Assembly (NCBI GenBank): GCA_013387205.1
Contig: WARV01000001.1
Coordinates: forward strand, 86-64,085
From: Patescibacteria group bacterium
GTDB lineage: Bacteria > Patescibacteriota > Doudnabacteria > UBA920
Direction: 5' to 3'
Length of the DNA stretch: 64,000 bases
The notes under the pieces are model-generated. The model did not search any database and had not been told where the DNA came from. It saw only the letters and a list, made by a program, of their open reading frames with translations. Below, piece by piece: positions 45,416 through 54,150 of the stretch; within the stretch, counting starts at the first letter, position 1, and each line of letters opens with the position of its first letter. Both the position numbers and the translations under genes were made by a program.

Positions 45416-47632
45416 TTACGGAATATAGATGTCTATTGGCGTTTGCCCAAGAAGGTTGCCGCTGAAATCTTTGGCGAGGAAATTTAAGTGATATGGGCCG
45501 CTGCTGTTCCAATTCCAGCTTGCCAAATCGACCCAGGCTTCCTTGTGTGGCGCGTCCTGCTGGCTGTCGCCCATCTGGTTCAACTGGTCGCCATCAACTT
45601 GCCAATACATGTTATAAGCGTTCAAATCCGTATCGCTTAGCACTGCCTTGAATGGCTGGGCGCCTGATACATGAGATCCGAAAGTCGGCCACCATATGCT
45701 TACTGTTTTGTTAGCCGGAGGATTAACCTGCAGCGTGGTTCCCCCGCCTTGCCGGCTCCAGCTTACTTTAGCCACCGCATTTACGGTGTGTTCGTAATAC
45801 TCTATCTTGACCAGGTGAGTTCCAGCCGTAAGATTTTTTGTCGCGTTATAAGTAGTCGCCGGCTGGTCAAAGAATTTGTCTATGACTGGAGTACCATCCA
45901 CCAAAACCCTTATGCCGTCATCGGCGGTAGCTGCAAAATTATAGTTATCTGCACTGAACTGGAAATTGCCTTGCCAGACCGCGGAGAAATTGTCAGACGG
46001 CACCTTAGGGTCGGGCGAACCCGCGCCCCAATCAAAATTAATCGAAGGGTCATTCCTGCTTAAGATGAAATTGTCAAAATTTCTGCCTGAATAATAGCAT
46101 CCGGTAAAGCTGTTGTTTGACGCAGTCGGGCAAGAGCCCTGTGACGGATTAATGCTACCGTTTTGGGCCCAGGACAACTTAGCAACCGCGCCGCCAGTGT
46201 GCTCATAATATTCCATTTTGACTAAATGCGTACCCGCAGCTAAAGTTATCGTGCCTGTGTAAGTTGTCGGGGGTTGGTCGATAAATTTATCGATTACCGG
46301 GATGCCGTCTACGAACACCCTGACTCCGTCATCAGCTGTCGCGGTAAAAGTGTAGTTGCCGGCGTTGAAACTGAAGTTCCCTTGCCAAACAGCCGAAAAA
46401 TTATCAGATGGCATTTTAGGGTCTGGAGATCCTGTTCCCCAATCGAAATTCATTGTCGGATCTATCCTTGTCATTACGAGGTTGGTAAAATTTTTGTCTG
46501 CGTAGTAGCATCCGGTAAAGGCATTGGTGGCAGGACCAGGACAGACAATCGTTGAAGTCAGGTGTGCCGAAGATTCACCTTCGGAAAACCAGTTTGTCAT
46601 TATCTGCTGGGCTTTCTTATTTTGGGGTGTGTATCCTGTATCCCCTTGTCCGCCTGCGTTTGGATCACTGCTCCAATCCCACAGCATCACGCCGTTTATG
46701 AAGCTTTGGCTGTTCCAGTATGAGAACAAGGCTTCGTAAGCATTGGCTTGCGTGGTTTCATCAAACCCTCCGCCCATGTTGTAATCCCACGGATGGTTAA
46801 ATGAATTCGGCACGCTTTTATAACCAATTTCCGTAAACATAATCGGCTTGTTCCATTTCTGGGCCAAGGGCTGAATGTCTGACATGTTATAGTTGTTCCA
46901 GGCGTTGGTCAGGCTCTGCGCTGAATTGTCCGTAAACATGTCATAATAAGCCGATATGCCTATAAAATCCAAAGCGTCCCAAAATTGTATATTGTTTTTT
47001 TCATCGACCATGCCGTTGTTCGGCGGCCCCCAGTTGGCACTGTAGGTCAGCTTGCCTGAATACAGTTTCCTGACGTTGCTGATCATGTTTCTCCACTGCT
47101 GGGTGTTGTCGTAGTTTTGGTCCGCGCCTGCCATGGAAGCCAGCTCTGCGCCGACACAATAAGATTCCGCCCCGTTCTGCTGGGCAATGGTCGCGTAGTG
47201 GGCAAGCATGCTATTGTAATTCGCAAACCAAGTTTGGCGGTCGGACGGGCGGATATTAGCCCTCCATTCCCCGGTGTAGCTTTGCAGGTGAGGCTTGACC
47301 ATAACCTTTAATCCCAATGAGTGGGCATATTTTATCGCTGCTACCAGCGAATCATCTGTTGGCGTGTTCCAGCCTTTTTGGATGTCAGTGGAATACAGGT
47401 TGGACTGGTAATAAGGTATTATCAGCGCCACGTAATTGGCTTTGGCCGCCGCTAAATTTTTTAAGGACTGCTGGAAAGTCTGGCTAGAAAAATCCGTATC
47501 CCAGCGCGGTTCAATAGAAGCGCCCTTTTGCCAATTTGAAACCGCAGCGGATGCGGTTTTAATTCCAATAAATGAAACAAACAGCCCCAAAAACGCCCCA
47601 ATTACGGTTAGTGTTAGGATTTTTTTTCTCAT
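45416..47632 (-). CDS. Secreted clan GH-A (GH5/26/113-like) glycoside hydrolase with two C-terminal PA14 domains
   Basis: Signal peptide. Acid/base region CVGAELAS and nucleophile-like IMFTEIGY. Two repeats of GCYY..NF...DP..NFDWG.GSPDPK.PSDNFSAVWQGNF (PA14). Confidence 0.7.
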   Translation of the reverse strand: MRKKILTLTVIGAFLGLFVSFIGIKTASAAVSNWQKGASIEPRWDTDFSSQTFQQSLKNLAAAKANYVALIIPYYQSNLYSTDIQKGWNTPTDDSLVAAIKYAHSLGLKVMVKPHLQSYTGEWRANIRPSDRQTWFANYNSMLAHYATIAQQNGAESYCVGAELASMAGADQNYDNTQQWRNMISNVRKLYSGKLTYSANWGPPNNGMVDEKNNIQFWDALDFIGISAYYDMFTDNSAQSLTNAWNNYNMSDIQPLAQKWNKPIMFTEIGYKSVPNSFNHPWDYNMGGGFDETTQANAYEALFSYWNSQSFINGVMLWDWSSDPNAGGQGDTGYTPQNKKAQQIMTNWFSEGESSAHLTSTIVCPGPATNAFTGCYYADKNFTNLVMTRIDPTMNFDWGTGSPDPKMPSDNFSAVWQGNFSFNAGNYTFTATADDGVRVFVDGIPVIDKFIDQPPTTYTGTITLAAGTHLVKMEYYEHTGGAVAKLSWAQNGSINPSQGSCPTASNNSFTGCYYSGRNFDNFILSRNDPSINFDWGAGSPDPKVPSDNFSAVWQGNFQFSADNYNFAATADDGIRVLVDGTPVIDKFFDQPATTYNATKNLTAGTHLVKIEYYEHTVNAVAKVSWSRQGGGTTLQVNPPANKTVSIWWPTFGSHVSGAQPFKAVLSDTDLNAYNMYWQVDGDQLNQMGDSQQDAPHKEAWVDLASWNWNSSGPYHLNFLAKDFSGNLLGQTPIDIYIP

Positions 47633-47719
47633 ATATTTACAATATTATTGTTAAGGCAGTTGACTGCCAATGGTTCGTTGGTTTTTCATTATTGTTAGTT
47701 TGGTTTGATTTGATATCTC

Positions 47720-47995
47720 CTATTTAATGTCGTGAGTGCCGCCGCGGATTGCCCGGCTTATCCAAATTAAAATAATGGCTCCTAAAATCGCCACTAAGAT
47801 GCTAGGCAGGTTAAAACCGGTGATCCCCCTCCCTCCAAGAAGGGACACCACCCATCCGCCTAAAAGACCTCCAAGGATGCCGAGAATAATATCTCCCAAA
47901 AGGCCCCTTGAATTTCCAGTGGCCAAAGAGGCAACCCATCCGGCTATGCCCCCGAGAATTATCCATAGAAAAATATTCATAATATTTTTGTCCAA
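47720..47995 (-). CDS. GlsB/YeaQ/YmgE-family transglycosylase-associated membrane protein
   Basis: Gly-rich TM repeats WIILGGIAGWVA...GILGGLLGGWVVSLLGG. Confidence 0.75.
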   Translation of the reverse strand: MDKNIMNIFLWIILGGIAGWVASLATGNSRGLLGDIILGILGGLLGGWVVSLLGGRGITGFNLPSILVAILGAIILIWISRAIRGGTHDIK

Positions 47996-48089
47996 TTTTA
48001 TGCATTTATAGGGACGATTCCTATTGTTTTAACTTACGACAATAAAAAAGCCGCCCTTTTGCGCATGTTTGCGGGCGGCTGACAACCTG

Positions 48090-48968
48090 TTATTTTAGGT
48101 ATTTATTTTTATTTTTAACATGTTCTTCAAAGGTTTTGCTGTATACCGGCTCCCCTGACGGCTGTTTATGGAGAAAATAAAAATAGTCGGTGCTGGCAGG
48201 TTCAAGAGCTGCCTGGATTGATGACAGCGAAGGGTTACAGATTGGACCCGGAGGCAGGCCTTTGTATTTATAAGTGTTGTAAGGCGAATCAATCTGCAAA
48301 TCGTCAGCTGAAGCGGTCGGGGTGTTTTTTTTGGTGATGTAATTTATAGTTGCGTCGCTTTGCAGCGGCTGGCCGGTATTTAGGCGGTTGTAAAAAATTC
48401 CGGCAATTATCTTCCTTTCATCAGCCAGCTGCTGTTTTGCTTCAAGAGTTGCCGCGTTCCTGCCGGTTTCTCTTTCTATAATGGATGCCAAGGTGAGAAT
48501 TTCGTAAACCGACATATGCCTTTTTCCAGCCTGGCCCTGCATCTCTTCCGTGAATTTTTGGGAAAAATTTTCCAGCATTTTTTTGATGATCAAAGAACTT
48601 TCCGCAACGTTGGATTCTTTGCTGGAGCCTGAATTTTTCGGGACACGGTATGTGTCAGGAAATAAGAAACCTTCAAGACTGGCTCCCGAAGGCTTGGAGC
48701 CAAGGAAAGGATATTTATCCGCCCTAAAATCCTTTTGCGCGGATATGAAGCTTTTTGCGTCAGTCAGGCCCTTTTTTTGCAAATAGCCGGCTATATCGTC
48801 CGTGGTCCAGCCTTCTATTATCGTAATGGTATCTTCCGGAGCCTTGGCTAACTGTTTTTGCAATCTTTCCAATTTTTTTTGCTGAGTAAATTTAAAAACG
48901 GCAAAGGAACCCAATGCCAAAAACACGATGAAGGAAACCAATAGCCAGATTGTAAATTTTTTTATCAT
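48090..48968 (-). CDS. mltG: Endolytic murein transglycosylase MltG (YceG family)
   Basis: N-terminal TM, FPDTYRVPK, ASIIERETG and GIFYNRL motifs. Confidence 0.8.
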   Translation of the reverse strand: MIKKFTIWLLVSFIVFLALGSFAVFKFTQQKKLERLQKQLAKAPEDTITIIEGWTTDDIAGYLQKKGLTDAKSFISAQKDFRADKYPFLGSKPSGASLEGFLFPDTYRVPKNSGSSKESNVAESSLIIKKMLENFSQKFTEEMQGQAGKRHMSVYEILTLASIIERETGRNAATLEAKQQLADERKIIAGIFYNRLNTGQPLQSDATINYITKKNTPTASADDLQIDSPYNTYKYKGLPPGPICNPSLSSIQAALEPASTDYFYFLHKQPSGEPVYSKTFEEHVKNKNKYLK

Positions 48969-49039
48969 TGTAGGATAGGCAAGCCAAAATCACTTGGAAA
49001 TTTTTAAGGCAGCCAATGAGTTGCTTTGAAAATAAAATT

Positions 49040-49480
49040 TTACTCGCCGATAATTTTTACCCAAATTTCCCTGTTTCGGCCTCCGTCGAATTCCAAGAAA
49101 AACAAGCTTTGCTTTCCGCCTAAAAGCATGTTTCCCTGCTCAATTATCACTTCCTGGGACGATCCCATGAGGAATGTTTTTATATGGGCGTGGCCGTTAG
49201 ACCTTTCGTTAGGGGCAACCTGTTGCCTGACTTCAAATAAATCATGGCTGTAGCTGATATCAATGGGAACCAAACGGTACATGGTTTTCATTAGGTCCTG
49301 GATTAGCAAAGGTTCGTTATGGTTCAGGCGGATGGCTGCTGTGGTGTGCGGAGAATAGACGACCGCAATGCCGCTTTTTACCATGGATTCGGAAACCGCG
49401 TGTCTGACCTGTTCTGTAACGTCTAAAATTTCAAATTGTTTTTTTGATTCAAGGCTGATTTTTTTAAAAAAAGTTTTCAT
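49040..49480 (-). CDS. yjbQ: YjbQ/UPF0047-family protein (secondary thiamine-phosphate synthase-like)
   Basis: VVYSPHTTAAIRLNHNEPLLIQDL and GHAHIKTFLMGSS motifs. Start at MKTFF (49480). Confidence 0.75.
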   Translation of the reverse strand: MKTFFKKISLESKKQFEILDVTEQVRHAVSESMVKSGIAVVYSPHTTAAIRLNHNEPLLIQDLMKTMYRLVPIDISYSHDLFEVRQQVAPNERSNGHAHIKTFLMGSSQEVIIEQGNMLLGGKQSLFFLEFDGGRNREIWVKIIGE

Positions 49481-49665
49481 TTTACATCTCAACTTTTTGT
49501 TCCAAAAAATTTTAATAATTTTGGAAGTATAATAATTTTTATTTTAAATTTTTATATTGCAGATTAAACAATTGATTTTCTGGTTGCACTTGCGAAATTC
49601 GTATAAAACTTTACGCACCTGTGTAATCTGTGAACAATATAATTATACTACAAATATCGCAAAAC

Positions 49666-49706
49666 AAAAACCCGCTTCCGGACATGCCGGATTAGCGGGT
49701 TTTTTG
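49666..49706 (-). terminator. Intrinsic terminator (AACCCGCT...AGCGGGTT with flanking A/T runs), likely bidirectional
   Basis: 8-bp GC stem. T-run on both strands. Confidence 0.55.
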
Positions 49707-49868
49707 AAGTAGTCTCAAAACCTCATTTTGGCTGCAATCCCAGAATTTTAGCTGCAAACTTTTCATCGAAACTCACCGTAGCCTTAAGGCTACGCCATCG
49801 TTTCTCTTCAAAGTTTTCGCTTAAAAATTCTGGGATTTCGCCACAAAAGCACGTTTTGAGACTACTTC
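49706..49868. repeat. 163-bp nested imperfect palindrome. Outer arms of 16 bp, GAAGTAGTCTCAAAAC / GTTTTGAGACTACTTC. Inner arms AATCCCAGAATTTT / AAAATTCTGGGATT. Central hairpin CGTAGCCTTAAGGCTACG.
   Basis: Exact complementarity of the outer 16-bp arms and the inner 14-bp arms. Located immediately 3' of hup. Confidence 0.7.
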
Positions 49869-49877
49869 TGACTTCAA

Positions 49878-50150
49878 TTACAGGATGGCGTCTTTTGCCT
49901 GTTTGGCTACGCGGAATTTTATAACGGTCTTGGCCGGGATTTGGATTTGTTCGCCGGTGGCCGGGTTCCTGCCCATTCTGGCATCGCGATGCTTTTTAAC
50001 CAACTTGCCCAATCCAGGAATGGTGAATTCGCCGTTCTTTTTGGTTTCGTTATAAGCTAATTCCACAACGGCTTCGAGCATTTCGCTTACTTCTTTGCGA
50101 GTCTTTCCCAGCTTGTCGGCCAGGGCTTGCAAAAGTTCTGACTTGGTCAT
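49878..50150 (-). CDS. hup: HU-family DNA-binding protein
   Basis: 90 aa with GFGKF-like core ...PGLGKLVKKHRDARMGRNPATGEQIQIPAKTVIKFR. Confidence 0.85.
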   Translation of the reverse strand: MTKSELLQALADKLGKTRKEVSEMLEAVVELAYNETKKNGEFTIPGLGKLVKKHRDARMGRNPATGEQIQIPAKTVIKFRVAKQAKDAIL

Positions 50151-50629
50151 ACTTTTTTTGTCTCCCTTTTCCTTTTCCCTCCCCTCTTTGGGAGGGTAAG
50201 GATAAGTACTTGCTTAAGTTAATTTCATAATAAATATAGCAAAAACCCTAATAAAATCAAGGGTTTTTAAAATAATGTCAAGGGTTAAGCATCGTTTATA
50301 ACCTTTAATTTTTAAAGAAAAATTTAATAAATGGCTTAATTAAGCGAAAAATAATAATTTTTTACAATTTTACCTTAAAAATAAATATCCACAAGCAAAT
50401 CAAAAACACATAGTTTTTATTTATCCTATGACGTTTTTATACTGATTTTAAGCAATGAAACTAACCCCTCTGCTAGCAGAGGGGTATCGGGGTAGTTTCC
50501 TTATCAAAGTGGAAGCTCAAAAGCTATGTATTGGGCAAAGCCCAAGACAAGCTAGTTCCGCTTCCTCACTTAATTCGGCCTCATCCCCGCAGCAAGCTGC
50601 GAAGGATTCGGCCTTCCATAAATAAATCT

Positions 50630-51664
50630 TTATAATATCACCATTCCGTCGCCGAATGAAAATAGCCGGAATTTTTTATCAATTGCCTGTTTGTATAATC
50701 TTAAAATGTTATTCCTGCCGGCAAAAGCAGACACGAGCATGAGCAGGCTGGATTTTGGCACATGAAAATTAGTGATAATGCCATCGACAAAATTAAATTC
50801 GTACCCTTCTTTAATAAACAAATCAGTGTTTCCAGAAAGCATTCTGATTTTGCTGTTTTTGCAGGAAGATTCCAAAGTTCTCACTGCGGTGGTGCCTACG
50901 GCTATAATAGGCCGGCCTTGCGCTTTGGCTTGGTTTAAAAAAACGGCTGTTTTTTTATCAATCTCAAAAAATTCTTCGTGCAATCTGGATTTTTCCAAAT
51001 TTTCTTGTTTTAAAGGAGCAAAGGTTCCAAGCCCTACATTTAAATTAATAAAGCAGCTGTCAAATCCCAGTTTTTTTAAATTTTGTAAAAGGGTTTTGGT
51101 AAAATGCAGGCTCGCAGTAGGCGCGGCAACGGAAAGGCCGGTCTTGGCAAAAACTGTTTGGTATTGTTTGCGCAATTCTTTTTCAGATAAAGGAGAGTGC
51201 TTGATATAAGGTGGGAGCGGTGTTATTCCGCGCTGCTTTAAGACTTTGGTTATTTGCGAAGAGATAAATAAAGGCTTTAAAATATAAAAATTATTTTTTT
51301 GGGAACTAACTTTGAATTTGATTTTTTTTGACAAGGTTAGCTCGTCCCCGATTTTTAATTTTCTATCAGAAAGTACGGTTATTAAATCATTTTTGTGGTT
51401 TATATACAATAATCTTGCCAAGCCGCCGGAAGGTTTTGTTATAACTAGCCTGGCCGGCACAACGGTAGTGTGGTTAAAAACCAGCACTGCGTCTTTTGGA
51501 AGATAAGCCCCGAGGTTTTTGAAAGTATCAAGAAAAGTTTTTTTGGTTTTTTTATTGAAAACCAAAAGCCTGGCGCCATCTCTCGGAGAAACCGGTTTTT
51601 GGGCAATGAGTTCTTTGGGAAAGCTGTAATCGTATTTTTTCAGAGTTTGTTCAAGATTTTCCAT
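50630..51664 (-). CDS. queA: S-adenosylmethionine:tRNA ribosyltransferase-isomerase
   Basis: FNHTTVVPARL, AVGTTAVRTLES and FSFGDGM motifs. Start MENLEQ at 51664. Confidence 0.85.
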   Translation of the reverse strand: MENLEQTLKKYDYSFPKELIAQKPVSPRDGARLLVFNKKTKKTFLDTFKNLGAYLPKDAVLVFNHTTVVPARLVITKPSGGLARLLYINHKNDLITVLSDRKLKIGDELTLSKKIKFKVSSQKNNFYILKPLFISSQITKVLKQRGITPLPPYIKHSPLSEKELRKQYQTVFAKTGLSVAAPTASLHFTKTLLQNLKKLGFDSCFINLNVGLGTFAPLKQENLEKSRLHEEFFEIDKKTAVFLNQAKAQGRPIIAVGTTAVRTLESSCKNSKIRMLSGNTDLFIKEGYEFNFVDGIITNFHVPKSSLLMLVSAFAGRNNILRLYKQAIDKKFRLFSFGDGMVIL

Positions 51665-51695
51665 GGAAAGATTATAGCAGGTTTTAAAGCTTATA

Positions 51696-51729
51696 AACAA
51701 GGATGCCCCTTGCAAGGGGCATCCTTGTT
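51696..51729. repeat. 34-bp near-perfect palindrome AACAAGGATGCCCCTTGCAAGGGGCATCCTTGTT, ~30 nt upstream of the queA start
   Basis: Arms exactly complementary over 15 bp. Confidence 0.7.
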
Positions 51730-51754
51730 CTGTTTATAAAAACCTTGGATTAAA

Positions 51755-51782
51755 AAGGACACCCCGATGAATCGGGGTGTCC
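51755..51782 (-). terminator. Hairpin GGACACCCCGAT-gaa-TCGGGGTGTCC with a T-run on the minus strand (terminator of the small peptide gene)
   Basis: 12-bp perfect stem followed, on the minus strand, by TTTTTAATCC. Confidence 0.6.
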
Positions 51783-51795
51783 TTTGAGATTTTTT

Positions 51796-51897
51796 CTAAT
51801 CGCTGTCAGCGTCATCCATTCCGCCCATGCCTTTGTCCATTCCTCCCTTGCGGCGGTCCATGCCTTCACCGGTGTCTTGCATGATGAATTTTTCCAT
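51796..51897 (-). CDS. 33-aa Gly/Met/Asp-repeat peptide MEKFIMQDTGEGMDRRKGGMDKGMGGMDDADSD
   Basis: Hand translation. Strong SD GGGAGGTG 6 nt upstream. Followed by the terminator hairpin. Confidence 0.45.
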   Translation of the reverse strand: MEKFIMQDTGEGMDRRKGGMDKGMGGMDDADSD

Positions 51898-52098
51898 AAT
51901 TAGCACCTCCCTTCGACTGGGGTTAAATTATCTCCCCTCCATAATTATCGTCTTAATGCTCAAACTTGGAGTAAGAGACGGCAGATTCTTAGTCAACTTA
52001 CCCAATGCTGCTTCGGGTATTCTTTTTTCGGGATAACCAAAACCAACTATCAAAATTCGCATGATAGTATGCCGAAAGTTTCCTCTTCTTTTATAAGC

Positions 52099-52968
52099 CT
52101 AAAAAAAATAATGCAAAAAGATTTTTACAACTTCCACCAGCCCCCAAATTCCTAAGCCAATGAATGCCAGTGTGCCGAAAAAAGATACCCATTGGTTCCT
52201 AACCCATTCCACGGTTTTATTTGGGTTTAAAAACAAAGCGATATTTAATATCATATGCCCGCCCAAAACCCCTAAACTGAATCCGAAAACATTGACGATG
52301 CTGAACAGAGGTACGTATCCGGCAAAATCATCCAGGCCCAAAATAAAAGGGACGGTGAGGGAGAAAAATAAAAGGCTTTTCCAGGGCAGGCTGTCCCTCC
52401 CCCGCATTTTCGAGCCGAGGTCGGGTAAAATTTTTGACAAAATCGGCCGGATGAATTTTAGCGTAGCGCTTAAAAATTTATCAAGTCCCAGGTAAAAATA
52501 TTTTTTGGCGCTCTTTTCGCCTTCCCAGTTTTCAAAATGCTCCAACCCGGAAAAAGCCAGTTCAAACAATACGAGCGATGCGATTAAAATCATTAGCCCC
52601 AGTAAGATATCCAATTCCTTAAAAAAGCTCCATAATACCAGAATTGCCATTGTACCGAGCCCGTTGCCCACGGCTGTACCGACTTCAATCGCTATCCGGT
52701 TTTTCCAGCCTGGATTTCCGCTCATCAGCCTGCCCATGAAAATAGCAAAATCAACGGAAGTCTTTAAATAAATAGTCAGTCCGATTATTATATCGACCCA
52801 TCGCAACCGCATGCTTATCTGTTCCATGTTCGGAAGTAAATTCAACAGGCGAATTATGTAATAGACAATAACGCCCAGGACGAAAAAAACTACCATTGTC
52901 AGTGCCAGTGGAATTAGTTGTTCATAAATTAATCCTTTTTTGTTTTGTGCGGTTGAACTGGTTTCCAT
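52099..52968 (-). CDS. Multi-pass integral membrane protein, family not recognised
   Basis: About 8 hydrophobic helices. Confidence 0.5.
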   Translation of the reverse strand: METSSTAQNKKGLIYEQLIPLALTMVVFFVLGVIVYYIIRLLNLLPNMEQISMRLRWVDIIIGLTIYLKTSVDFAIFMGRLMSGNPGWKNRIAIEVGTAVGNGLGTMAILVLWSFFKELDILLGLMILIASLVLFELAFSGLEHFENWEGEKSAKKYFYLGLDKFLSATLKFIRPILSKILPDLGSKMRGRDSLPWKSLLFFSLTVPFILGLDDFAGYVPLFSIVNVFGFSLGVLGGHMILNIALFLNPNKTVEWVRNQWVSFFGTLAFIGLGIWGLVEVVKIFLHYFF

Positions 52969-52979
52969 GGTTCAATATT

Positions 52980-53513
52980 TTAATTAAATATTTCAGAGGA
53001 CAATTGTTTATAAATATTATAATCCCCACTGCTAAAACAGACAAAAATAATTTCAGTGATATTTGTCAAAGGGCGTGCTTTTATATATTCTTGGGTTGTC
53101 TCTAGGGCAATTGGCGCGGCTTCTTCTATAGGATAACCGTACGCGCCGGTTGAGATGGAAGGAAAAGCAATGCTTGTAATTTTATGCTTATCGGCAAGCT
53201 CCAGGCTATTTTTATAGCAATCTTCCAAATATGAAGCCGCGTAATCGCCCTGCTCTTTATATACCGGCCCGACAGTGTGGATGACAAACTTGGCAGGCAA
53301 ATTGTAACCCATGGTGATTTTTGCTTCGCCGGTTTTGCAGCCGCCTAAAGCCATACAGGACCTAAGCAGATCCGGCCCGGCAGCTTTGTGGATAGCTCCG
53401 TCTACTCCCCCGCCGCCCATAAGCTTGTTGTTAGCCGCATTTACTATCGCATCAACAGCAAGTTTGGTTATGTCGCCTTGGATAATTTTTATTTCTGTTT
53501 CATTTACTTTCAT
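52980..53513 (-). CDS. Macro-domain protein (O-acetyl-ADP-ribose deacetylase / YmdB-like)
   Basis: IIQGDITKLAVDAIVNAANNKLMGGGGVDGAIHKAAG and GxG motifs. Confidence 0.85.
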   Translation of the reverse strand: MKVNETEIKIIQGDITKLAVDAIVNAANNKLMGGGGVDGAIHKAAGPDLLRSCMALGGCKTGEAKITMGYNLPAKFVIHTVGPVYKEQGDYAASYLEDCYKNSLELADKHKITSIAFPSISTGAYGYPIEEAAPIALETTQEYIKARPLTNITEIIFVCFSSGDYNIYKQLSSEIFN

Positions 53514-54142
53514 GGAAAAATTTATTTATTGCCGGAATGATTTTGCTTCGGTCTTTAATTATTATTGCCGGTTTGCCTTTTTGCAGAATGGATTTTGGAT
53601 GAAAGCCGTCAATTACCGCCAAGGATTTTACCCTGCATTTTTCCGCCTCGATAATGTCACCTAAAGTATCAGTGATAAACAGGCAGTTTTTAGGACCAGC
53701 CTTGTATTTTTTTATAATCTTTCTTATTTTTTCTATTTTGCTGGTATGAGAGTCATATCCTAAAATATCATTAAAATATTTTATAACCTTATGCTTTTTA
53801 AGAAATTTCTTGATTGTTTTGTCTTTGGCGGACGAAATTATTGTTAAATGATATTTTGCGGCAAGTCTTCTTACTATTTCCGGCATGCCGGAAATTATTG
53901 GAAGTTCGTGCAGCCTTGGCTCATAAAGTTTCCAGTATTTTTTTTTGGTCTGCCATGCAAAATTTCGGAGTGAGCTTTAAAAATTCATAAATGTTCCCCA
54001 TAAACATTTTTTGGAACGTCTTTTTGCTTATTTTAAACCCTTGTATTTGCTCGTTGCATTGGTGGACGATTTTTGTCGAATCAACCAGGACTCCGTCAAA
54101 ATCAAACATCAGGATTTTATTGGACAAGGTTTTCTTTTTCAT
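53500..54142 (-). pseudogene. HAD-superfamily hydrolase split into two ORFs (53921..54142 N-terminal part, 53500..53886 C-terminal part) by a frameshift in an A9 homopolymer
   Basis: Motif I FDFDGVLVDS in the upstream ORF and motif IV ITDTLGDI in the downstream ORF. A T9 run on the + strand at 53938-53946. Removing one A fuses the two frames (...DQKKYWKLYEPRLHELPIISGMPEIVRRLAA...). Confidence 0.6.
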
Positions 54143-54150
54143 TTAACCGA

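Noticed and set aside
46274-46739. + strand ORFs inside the GH/PA14 gene
   Set aside because: Antisense shadows of the PA14 repeats.
50440-50629. Tried to fit a tRNA, tmRNA or SRP RNA to the GC-rich stems in the queA-hup spacer
   Set aside because: No canonical T-loop (GTTCRANYC) with a CCA acceptor and no convincing SRP domain IV match by eye. Retained only as a generic candidate-ncRNA finding.
51827-52036. + strand 69-aa ORF between the small peptide gene and the membrane protein
   Set aside because: No RBS, and it runs antisense to the better-supported 33-aa peptide gene and terminator region.
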